Assembly (NCBI GenBank): GCA_964035545.1
Contig: OZ037768.1
Location: 9,890,741 to 9,954,740, forward strand
Length of the DNA: 64,000 nt
Origin: Bugula neritina
Taxonomy: Eukaryota; Animalia; Bryozoa
Direction of reading: 5' to 3'
Under the pieces are notes generated by a model that was given only the letters and a program-made list of their open reading frames with translations, was not told the DNA's origin and ran no database searches. The position numbers were made by a program, and so were the translations under genes. Every line of letters begins with the position of its first letter. The stretch's first letter is position 1. Below, in pieces: positions 41,801 to 51,509 of this stretch.

Positions 41801-43748
41801 CACGCCTGTTCCGGCCAATGAGAGGGCAGAATCTAAAGCGACTGCTAAAGGGGTAAACAAAGCTACAGCTAAATGTCGTATAGCACCCATAAAACAACAA
41901 CTCAAGATTCCTCAACTAGAACTCAATGCGGCCGTATGGTCAAAGAGAGGCAGACAAGTTATTAAGACTGAAATGCGCTATGAGTTTGAGAAAGTTTATC
42001 AGCTTATCAATTCTAAAACGGTGCTCAAGATGTTCCAAAAGAAGTCAACAAGGTTTCATGTTTACGAAGGTGTACGCATTGGAGAAATTCAGGGAGCAAC
42101 CAATGGGGATATGAGCTGCTGGCACTGGGTAAGTGGCAAGGAAAACACAGCAGATTGGCTTACAAGAGGGAAGCCTGTCAATGACATTGGACCTGAGAGT
42201 GAATGGTGGAGAGGCCCAAATTTTCTCTATCTGCCTGAGGATCAATGGGATATAAAATCGCCATCTGACTCGAATGAGCTTGTCTTTGGAGAGAAGAAAA
42301 TAGTTTACACCGTCACTGCATCAACAGAAGTCCAATCATTTATTAAATATGAAAATTTCAGCAGCCTCAAGAGTCTAACATGGACAATAGCTCGAGTTTG
42401 CAACATCTTCAAATACAAAAGTTTTAAGGGAATCCAATCTGATCTCATCACCGTGGAAGATCTACGGCAGACCAAACTCTACTTACTGAAGCAGGTACAA
42501 CGCACTATAGATTCTGAGTTGAGCAAGATTAAAGAGAAATACACAAGGCTTCACCCCATTAAGACAGAGAGTGAAGTATGGATAGTAGGCAGTAGACTCC
42601 TAAGGCATAACCCCATGACAGCGATTAAAACGCACACGCAATCAATCTTTCCCACCTCTCACTACTTTACTTACTTGGCAATGCGGCAGGCACACATAAA
42701 CAGCTATCACCGTGGCCGAGATGCAACACTCGCAAGATTCCGAGAAGAGTTTTGGACTATGCAAGGATCTAAGGTTGCTAGGGGCATAGTAACATCATGC
42801 CAAATGTGTCGACTCAAACAACCTCGCTTTACTGATCAACTGATGGGAAGTCTTCCTACAGAACGACTAACGACCGGACCGCCATTCAACAATGTAATGA
42901 TAGATCTTTTTGGTCCGTATATTGTGAGAGGAGAAAAACAGACTAGAACTTCGAGCAAAGCTTATGAAGTAATATTCACAGACATCAGTTCACGAGCAGC
43001 ACACATCGAAGCAGTTTTCGGATATGACAGTGATTCTTTCCTGTTGGCATTAACTCGATTCGTCAACATTCGTGGCTGGCCATCCAAGATTTATTCTGAT
43101 CCTGGAACACAGTTAGCTGGAGCAGAAAAAGAACTCAAAGATATGTGGAGACGCATGGACAAAGATTCTATCAAGAAAACCAGTGCAGAAAATGGGTTGC
43201 AATGGGAATTTGGACCTGGTGACAGCCCCTGGTATCAGGGCGCTGCTGAATCACTCATAAAGGCTGTCAAGAGATGTTTCACATTTTCAAAGAGCAACCG
43301 CCGGCTTTCACCTACAGAATTTCTCACAATCTGCACTGAAGCTGCAAACACACTAAACGAGAGGCCATTGGGATTACTGCCAGATTCAGACTCCGAGATC
43401 AACATATTAACACCTAACTGTCAACTTATTGGACGACCCTTCATCAAAAATCCTGGCAACTGGAATACAGACTACTCCTTAAGGGGGCGACTGGCTCTGG
43501 TAAATACAATCTCAGATGACTTCTGGCGGAAGTGGACCGAATTGTATGCACCCACACTGATTCATCACCAAAAGTGGCATACCCCAAGACGAAACTTTCA
43601 GGTGGGAGATGTTGTAGTTGTTATGGATCCAGATCAGCTGCGTAATCAGTATAAACTAGCTCGAGTACATCAAGTATATCCGAGCAAGGATGGCGTAGTA
43701 AGGAAAGTAGCCCTTTCCTACAAAAACTATAAGGTAGCGGGAAACTGA
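38805..43748 (+). CDS. BEL/Pao polyprotein: Gag (DUF1759-like + 3 zinc knuckles), aspartic protease, C-terminal half of RNase H, integrase; RT absent
   Basis: Gag FNGTRYHWPEF; knuckles CFIHRSERHCLVEC, CARCLGAHKPKCC and CSVCDKTTHHVLLC; protease FFDGGSNASFI and IDLLIGND; AKCRIAP..IPQLELNAA and ENTADWLTRG; integrase HRGRDAT..CQMC, IDLFGP, SDPGTQ, GAAESLI. No YVDD-type RT motif and no FSDAS RNase H motif anywhere in the 1647 aa. Confidence 0.93.
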   Translation: MDRQDIVNLKKQRTTLRSKVTMLTNLIESAISSSNSTQVECLRSQLESTYQEFLTIHYDFLEYVSSDESMEDIAYVNKMSPVEYYQAVKASYDKAISDCNTWHSKFYKIKHSLILAIKKANGLVADCTDNTLITEHHRKCVALSESLADTIGFSDLLLELDEVILSLDYCMSKFTLMSKAQSQNMNFEHRESDPSVVRSGLAESGVGGESPSDGASHAPTMVASSRLFSSRSHPSTHEATLAPNPGVTASGSDRQVLWEDHTSGEALASNPGVIASTNVRDVRSSTFSVRDLHGSTDRAAHSEFLIRGATSSVVNAYDSYPNGTSQISYDSRHTGGNNFNSSIHKTHSQPNPFNGTRYHWPEFRSVWLRYATMFYDDVDRACELKKFLTGEALEMVQPIFATQPQAYERMMCRLEEVYNDPSMSVQAVFNNLQELKPVKEGDARELVKMANAVESSYSQLGEVGLLQTVMLPQVDTLANLLPTSIRRDWDRHFHILTHEERIKPFPHLMRFLEQERQIALRRIETVNPQSSSMHKQKVKAFHTESSGPKSSSNRSTNNSKTIDSENYCFIHRSERHCLVECRNFLALSVDERYKLIKTNSLCARCLGAHKPKCCPNFRTPCSVCDKTTHHVLLCIKSAETNTHTNCNTNKNKARADQIKHKSNENSEASAVSTTVRVSPNHGAHNHPGNATVFAIQQAQVVGTSHTAIIFFDGGSNASFISERAAKAWGARQIDKVNLEMNTLGEHEVSETSTIYEVKLQTPKGRTFSILAYSLRKLTGAINRPLDANILKSLFPKVDTHKLLKKTGPIDLLIGNDLLGLHPKHQVDQAGPHLYVYSGPFGLCVQGSHPTLSNFSTLPSSSFHVQATMAHEKLEEVEFTQSIHNDTLNSCDFELSTVSTPTYSVNSLDASPSQFAKSFSRPQTIINYGESHTIATECGMIESADDSDPLQSPGDPDTESAGQIGSGQLNRSLEVNDSMSMSVEIKRKYEFTSSTSITQSTPVPANERAESKATAKGVNKATAKCRIAPIKQQLKIPQLELNAAVWSKRGRQVIKTEMRYEFEKVYQLINSKTVLKMFQKKSTRFHVYEGVRIGEIQGATNGDMSCWHWVSGKENTADWLTRGKPVNDIGPESEWWRGPNFLYLPEDQWDIKSPSDSNELVFGEKKIVYTVTASTEVQSFIKYENFSSLKSLTWTIARVCNIFKYKSFKGIQSDLITVEDLRQTKLYLLKQVQRTIDSELSKIKEKYTRLHPIKTESEVWIVGSRLLRHNPMTAIKTHTQSIFPTSHYFTYLAMRQAHINSYHRGRDATLARFREEFWTMQGSKVARGIVTSCQMCRLKQPRFTDQLMGSLPTERLTTGPPFNNVMIDLFGPYIVRGEKQTRTSSKAYEVIFTDISSRAAHIEAVFGYDSDSFLLALTRFVNIRGWPSKIYSDPGTQLAGAEKELKDMWRRMDKDSIKKTSAENGLQWEFGPGDSPWYQGAAESLIKAVKRCFTFSKSNRRLSPTEFLTICTEAANTLNERPLGLLPDSDSEINILTPNCQLIGRPFIKNPGNWNTDYSLRGRLALVNTISDDFWRKWTELYAPTLIHHQKWHTPRRNFQVGDVVVVMDPDQLRNQYKLARVHQVYPSKDGVVRKVALSYKNYKVAGN

Positions 43749-44057
43749 GGGACTATGTAGGCTGTAAAGACACTATCATAACCCGCAGCGTGCATAGGTT
43801 GGCTTTATTAACCGAAGTGAACCCATAAATGACTGATCTACTTTCTTGGCCGCGTGTACGCTCGTGTCGCTGGAGAGGTTTGCATTCAACCGTTTTTCGG
43901 GGGACGGGCTGGTGCGCGGAGGGGTCAGCGGATTGGTGCAAGAATTTCATGGTCTGTGACTGATCCTATTTTGTTTTGTTTGTTTTGTTTGTTTTGATTT
44001 ACATAATTTATCAATATTTGTCAGAATAGTATCTGCCAAACAATTCGACCCCACCGA

Positions 44058-44509
44058 TGTATTGGTATGCCACCCAGAAGTATTGGCAGGCAGCCAATCA
44101 TTAAAGCTTTCAAGCTTCAAAAGCTTTCACCAAAGCTACTATTAGCTGGCAGAGCTAGTTCATTCACTGTACTGCATGAGTCAGTGTATCATGATCAAAC
44201 CGCCATATTTACACACTTTGTATGAACAAACTATCGGTTTCGGTATTGTGATGGCTAAGATTTTTATCCACGCATCAATATTGTAAGTTTATTAGAATTA
44301 CAATAGTTCATGTCAATTTTTTTGGTTCTGTAATATTCATAGTGTTCCTCTGAATTTTGATTTATATTGTGACTACTTATTTATACAATTTCTAATGTTT
44401 CCCATTTTATAGGGTACGATTTGACAGTTAATAAACTCGAAAACCTGTTGCCAAGTTGGCTAGTAGTTAAAGCATATCTTGCAACCAGACACAAACACAA
44501 ACCGATACA
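44058..44509 (+). repeat. 3' LTR
   Basis: Same sequence as 38331-38782, followed by the TSD CTCTC. Confidence 0.95.
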
Positions 44510-46333
44510 CTCTCACATGCTGCTTGGACATATATTGGTGTCAAGATAAGAGGTAGTTTAAGCTAAAGGGTGGGCAATTGCAGTTTAAAGGTCAATCTTG
44601 TAATCTATGGTGTCCTCAAGACATAATAGCTGGCTAATAGCGACTTTAGTCTACTGCAACTATATACATTTTATTGACAGATTAGCAATATATTTTGAAG
44701 TTGTCTCCCTTCAACTTTGAAGTTCAATGTCCATGTTGCACATTAGCCTAACTTTTAAAAAAAAAATTATTTTTACTACCAGCATAAAGCAGTTTGACTA
44801 AAATACATATTTTGGCTCGGCAACTGATCATAGATAGCTTGGCTCTATTTCTATCAACGTCTGTTATTTATGTGAAAACAAGTTTATTGTGACTTCAAAT
44901 ACAGATTTCTCTAATGAGCAAATGGCTGGTTTACAGGGAATCATTATAAGAGCATTTTCGTTCTCATAAAAGATACATGGGCTATTTAAAAGTCAACAAT
45001 TTACTTCAGGTAAATCTATGGTTACCTACGGCATTAAAGTTAAACAGATAGATGTGATATGATGGGGTGTCTACACCGCCCCCACCCGCTTAGCAAATAT
45101 ACAATTAGAGTGATAGATGTAGTAGGATGGAATCCTACCGAGTTTTGTTGATTTTTACATGTCTTCTAAAATGTTCACAATACATCACATGGGAAATTTT
45201 GTATATGCACGTACTACTTTAATTCATATTACATTTCTATGTGCATAATTAACTTTATGAATTAGAAAAGTAAATTCTAATTCATAAAGTTGTTATAGGC
45301 TTTTACAAGTACGCAACTATATTTTGTTCCAAGTTACGAGCAAGGTTAAAACTTCTCTGTTGAGTTTTTGGTTAGAAAATTTGAATTTCTTTCAAATACT
45401 TTAAAGAATGTGTGAGCAACATTTTAGGTAGTTGCAGCCTATTATGTACGAAACATAATCCCTATTTTCTGCTGCAATTGATATTATAGTACATGTTATT
45501 TTAAGCTGTAGAGTCATGAAAAAGTCTTTTGTAATTTTATCTAAAACATTTCATTGTGATTAAAATATAATTTTGCAAAACTTGCAAAACAGAAAAATTG
45601 ATCTCGGTTACTAAGTTGTAATTATCCAAAAGCTGCTTTTCAGCAAGAGCTGTGTCTACTGCCAGATTAAAGCATAAGAAGTTGCCTACCCATGCATTTA
45701 AGCAGCTGCATTTCGAATTCAAGTATTTAATATAAAATAAGCTAAAACTAGAATTTTGTCCATAAAGTTATATACAGAACTGAAAACAGTTGAGTCTAAG
45801 ATTTCAATACTAGACTCAGCAACATATTATTATCTTGAAGCACTAGTAGTATATACTATTCAGCAACATATTGATATTATACAGTAAATTACCATTATGG
45901 GACTACTATCTTAAGTGCATGGTTTATATTGGTAGAGTCTGTGCAGTTGTTAATATCGATTATAATGAGCTTCATCTACTCTAACATCAATATTACATCA
46001 ACACACTTCATTATCAGATGTCTTGAGATGAGGATTTTGCAACGTTAACTATAATAATTATCTCAGACTGATTTAAGAATGCTTGATTATATTATCAAGA
46101 TAAAAGCTTCACACACAGTGGTATCACGCTAGAACAACAGGGCAAATACGGTGACGCTGCAAGTAGGCGTATTGAAGCTATCAATCTACTCCTGCGTTGC
46201 TAATCACAAAGACGCAATAAAAATAGAAATTCAATATTCAACAGAAGATTTTATTTCATTAAATTCTGATCAAGACGTAAGCGCATTTGCCTCGGATTAT
46301 TAAAATGGCAACGCAAGATTAAAATTCAACACT

Positions 46334-49300
46334 ATGGGAGGTAACGTTGAAGATGCAGCTGGTGAAGCCAGGTGAATAAAATTATTCTGCTTCTTGTATG
46401 TTTAGCTATTTGAGTATGTCAAAGGTAATTTCTGAATAGGTTATAAAATTGGAAAATGTAGAATAAACAAGACATAACTGTGGTCTGTCACATTTTAATT
46501 GGCTTTAGACTAATAAATTGAGTTTATGTAGATTTTTGTTGCACTGTTTTGCAATTTTTTTGTCCTTTGATTTGGTTATTAAACTGGCTGTTTTTAAAAT
46601 CAATTGTAGATCTTTATTAACAAATGAAGAAGAAGCCAAAATATCATCAACTTACAAGATATTGAGAACTGTAACTTTGTTTTGGGTGTGGTTTTCTATT
46701 GTAAGTATGTTATATCTATACATATTTCCCATACAATTAATGTAAATTTACGTTTTTTGCTGTTGCTGTACATAACTTGTTTATTTATAATAACATTTTA
46801 ACTAAATAATAAAGAATAGAATAAACTATAACAGACAAATCTTTCTTTCTTTGCTGAAAATATCTTTAAAAAAAGCATTAAAGCAATAGATATTTCTTCA
46901 GTATACAGATACAGAAAATTATAAACGCTCTCTAATGTACTTCAATGTACATATTATATAGTTTGGTATAATGCTATTACTTGTATATAATATTCATGTT
47001 TGTATATATTTTGAACATAATTATAGTATTGGTGCAAGTAAACATAAAAAATATATGTGTATTTAAATAGTATGCTATCTAAATTCTAACCATCAAATAT
47101 TCAGGGGTGTTACTCTGAAATTACTGGTCCAGTTTTACCAGAATTGGTTATTCAGACTGGCTCTACGTATGATGTAGTTGCCAAGGCAGTATCTATGAGA
47201 GGCGGTGGGCATGCAGTTGGTGGAATTGTGGGTAAGCCTATCCAATTAGTCATTTAGTAATTATTAATTTGGTGTTACATGTGGCTTCCTATTGTCTAAA
47301 GGTAGATGTATGCAGTTTTTAATTAAAATGAAAATAATATGTATGCTTAATTCAGCAATCAATTTTAATTAGTTTGTTGATGAATATAATTGCCTGATAG
47401 CACTAAATGACATTTCATCTCTATATAGTGTTCTCTTCTATATCTGACACTCAAACTGGGAAAACTTAACTTTTCTTCTATATAGTGAACTAGTACCAGA
47501 TAATAGTAACTTTTGAGCTAGACTATATGCATGTTAGTATCTTAATTTCTTTCAAAAGTTTTAACTTTCTGTAAACTAAGCTTACTGTCAGTTCAACAGC
47601 TTTTCTATAAATGCTCAATGATTGGTGTCTACTTAAAAAAATTTAGCTAAGATTTTTATATATTTGCAATCACCGAAATGAAATATAGCTATATATTTAT
47701 TCCATTTCAGTGTTTTCAACATTCACAGCATCACATATTCTTAGTATTTACATATTCACAAAATCCACTACAAGAGATACCCTCAGTCTTGTCTGTTAAC
47801 TTCCTGACATACCCTTTGAATGCATTTATTTATTACATAATTCTTGTAGGTGGATTGACTGTGGACAGATGGTTCAAGCACATTGATATTTTAACAGCAG
47901 GGGTTATACTGCTTTATACTGCTGCCTCAGTAGGAGCAGCTTATGTACAGAATATTGTACTACTTTTTATAGTATTGCTTTCTCAAGGAACTCTGGAGAC
48001 GTGGATTCAAATAGGTATAATTGACATGTTCAACTATAACCCCTCATTACACTTTGCCGTATCGTAGGCCGTAACGTAAAATATCAGCCATTTTTACAAA
48101 TGTCTGAGCTTCCTGTATGGTGTTGCGGTACGTTAGGATCAAGCACTGCTTGATTCAAACAAGTTCTAGCGGCTCCTATTAAACAGCAAGACATTCACGT
48201 CAATTCATTGGATAGAAATGTCCAATGAGGTGTCATAGATCGTACCCAATAGCGCACTTTGAGAATTTCAGCTCGGACACATTAAAAATGGCTGACATTT
48301 TACGTTACACCTACGATACGGCAAAGTGTGAATGAGGAGTAAAAGTCATACAACTTTGCCTGCCTAACTTCATAGTTCATGATGTGTAATGTGTACAGCA
48401 GCTGCATATATGCTTTAACAAACTAAATGTGCTAAATGAAAGCTGTGACTTGGTAATTATGTATTAAAATATGACATGTCAACAGATTATGTGCTGAGAG
48501 TGAAATTATCATTTAATTCATGCAAACCCATTACTAATAGAGTTATGCTGTGCGGCATGAGCAGCAAAAGAATCTATTTTGAATGAATTAATTTAAACTG
48601 AAATGTTCTGAACAAAGTTGCAATGATTTAGCAGATTTGTTGAGTCTTTTAAAATAATTGTGAATTACTGCTTGAATATTTTATGATGGATAATGGTGAA
48701 AAATGCTAATCAATTTGTTTAGAAAGAAGAAATAACAGTTTTGTTGGTAATAACTAAAAAAATAACAAAATGAATGCTTCATCAAAACAAATATTACTCT
48801 ATAGTAAAACTTAGTTTAAACCGCGCATGAAAAGGGTAATAATTTTAAACTTTCTATTTATACACAAATTTATATTTTAGCTGGCAATAGAATTGCCTTA
48901 AATATTTGGAAGGAAAATTCAGCTGGACCACTCCAAGCCATAAACATAGGATACGGGTTTGGCAGCATTATAATACCCCAGCTAGCCGCTCCCTTCTTAA
49001 ACTCAAGATCATCTAGTGGAGTGATTCAAACAGGATATAACAGCTCTTGCAGAGTTAACACTTCCTTAGACGATCAGACAACCACATCTAAATTCTCAAC
49101 AGTGTCAGTCAACGAAGATAGGTTTATGCAGGGGTATGCGACTCCGAAATACCCGGCTAACTTTGTAACTCCGTATTGGATACTCTCAGCTATCAGCCTG
49201 TCACTAACCGTGATATTTGCATGCTACCATTTCTACGGAATAAGGACTGGTGTTGGCATCAACAGCAGTTCAAATCTGAAGACAGGCAACACCTCCCTGA

Positions 49301-50174
49301 GCTTTAGGCAATCATTATCCCCAAAGAGCTGTTCAGCTACAAAACCATTCTATGCAGCGCTTATCATTTGTGCTATCTTCTTTTACTATGTAATTTCTGT
49401 ACCTTTGTCCAGAGCATTTACAAAGTTCATCTTCTCCTATGCCAGAGATGGCCCATGTTTATCTGTTACCGAGTCAACACTTTTAGAGACTTCATACTTT
49501 GCTGCTTTAACGCTGGGAAGATTTTGTGCTTTTCTAATCTCATCCTTCATACACATTACATACGTCCTTCAGGTAAGATTGCATCGCATTACATGATCTG
49601 CTATGTAAACTATATAAAGTTTATATCAATTTACAATGTAAAGTTGTATGTCGCTAGTCTAAATGTTTTTTAACCAAGACCATAAATAAAATCGTAAGCA
49701 TAAATATAACTATGTTTATTAGAATGAAACGGAAACCACAAATAAAAACTCTAAGCATAAAAAATGTATCTATCAATAACAGTAATAACATCAGGTGTTT
49801 TCTCTTTTTTACAGATAACTGTTTTGGGATCGCTAGCCTCAGCTCTAGTGTTATTCTTTTATGCTGACAACATCACAGTGTTGTGGATTTTTTGTTCAAT
49901 TCTTGGCTTCTTTACTGGACCCATTATTCCGTCAGCTTTTGCCTGGGCTAATCGATATATTGAAGTTACATCCATAGCTCAAATTGTGCCGCAAATCGGG
50001 GCAGCTGTAGGAGATATTGCGATGCTTAGCTTGGTAGGCTTTAGCTACCAAAATTTCGGCCCTTATATTCTTTGGAGCTATCAACTTTTTCTATGCGCTG
50101 CTATCTGTGGCATATCTTGGATAATGATGATGCTGGGATGTTTACACGGGGACAGATTTCAAAGTGTAGAATAA
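46334..50174 (+). CDS. MFS transporter, MFSD4/NAGLT1 (sodium-dependent glucose transporter 1)-like, paralog 1
   Basis: Six exons (46334-46371, 46610-46700, 47105-47231, 47850-48014, 48881-49572, 49814-50174). Motifs EITGPVLPEL, IWKENSAGPLQAINIGYGFGSIIIPQLAAPFL, YFAALTLGRF and GPIIPSAFAWANRYI, with many TM helices. Confidence 0.82.
48040..48339. mobile_element. MITE, PIF/Harbinger-like, ~70-bp imperfect TIRs
   Basis: CCCCTCATTACACTTTGCCGTATCGTAGG...CCTACGATACGGCAAAGTGTGAATGAGGAG. TAA TSD at 48037-48039 and 48340-48342. Confidence 0.85.
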
Positions 50175-51509
50175 TATATTAATTTAAATCCATATTGTCA
50201 AAATAGCGCAACAATAAACTATGTGGCCAGTTGTTTATAAGCTTCATTATTTATTGAGTTTTTATAATTATGTTTCCTCTTATAATATAAGCCTTTAGTT
50301 AGCTTATTTAATGTTATATTGCATGTTTGGTACCAAAATATATAACACTAAAAAGTTTCATTCTAAGAAGTATTTAAAATAAGAATTATTCGTCATATTG
50401 GTATACTATAAACCTATTAAGCTGATGCATACAAAGTAAGCATTTGTTTAAGCAAGGAATTTGATCTTAGTTTTCAACATTATATACTAATTAACACATC
50501 TAGAACTGTTTTGTTGTGCAACTTTATAGTAAGATCATTACAATCATTATCAGTTCTTAAGAAAACAATGATGAGGTAAAAACTTAAAGGAAAATAGTCT
50601 GCAATAAATTTGTGTACAATTATGAATTGATTAGGCTGCAGTGTGGATAACATTTACAATATATGGTTATTTTCTACTGCACTTTACTGCAAATGGGTAT
50701 AATATACTGAATTACGCTAATTTGAGTTTGTGTTTATGTTGGATATGGGTATCTGAAATATTATTAACACCACTTTACATGTTTGAACAAGAGCTTTATT
50801 GCATATTATATTTAAACAGGTCAACATTTACATCTGAAAGCTCAGAAAAGTGTAATTCGTTTTTGGCTACATATTTAAAAATACAGTTTTACTTAAATCA
50901 AGGTTATTTTGAGCTTAAAATATGAGTCAACTACACAAAGCATATAAATAGTGTATTATAATTAGTTTGTCACAAAACTTTTGCCAGATTCGTATAATTA
51001 TGCTGCTTTATTCTACTCAACAATTATAATTTAAAGAATTTATTTGGCCATTCAAAATCAGTATGTCGGACTGGGAGAAGACAAGGGAAAGCGATTGCTT
51101 CAAGTTTAGACCATCATAATACTATTATTTATTAAAATTGCAAGCTCTAATAAATTTTTTTAGAGATAGTTTTTTGTAAAAGTTATGTATTTATGTTGTA
51201 TTTAGCATCTGAATTTAAATGCTGTATAACTTTAGGCTTGTGATATGCATGTCCTGATTGAAATTATGCTGAGGCATATTAAAGACTTTAATACAACACA
51301 GATTCTTTGGATGTTTGCTGCTGTTAATTGCTTATAGTGAATGACTATATATACTAAAGCTCTGTGCCCACTACCACATGGATGTCACTCTCTTTGAGAG
51401 AACTTTACAGCTGTCTATTAGTTAGGCACCAGGAGTTGTATAAATTAAAAGATTTTTACAGCTACTAAACTTTTCTCATTTTAATTTTTTTTAGTGAGAA
51501 CATATTGCA

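Larger units (their letters stand above)
38331..44509 (+). mobile_element. BEL/Pao LTR retrotransposon, recent, internally deleted (no reverse transcriptase)
   Basis: Two 452-bp LTRs (TG...CA) with no differences seen by eye. 5-bp TSD CTCTC at 38326-38330 and 44510-44514. Single Gag-PR-(partial RH)-IN ORF. Confidence 0.95.

Noticed and set aside
38805-43748. Domesticated host gene derived from Gag/integrase
   Set aside because: LTRs with no visible differences and an intact TSD indicate a recent insertion, not an old fixed gene.
43749-44057. env gene or self-cleaving ribozyme in the retroelement 3' region
   Set aside because: Only ~300 bp with no suitable ORF. CTGATC occurs, but I found no hammerhead CTGATGA...GAAA core or HDV-like fold by eye.
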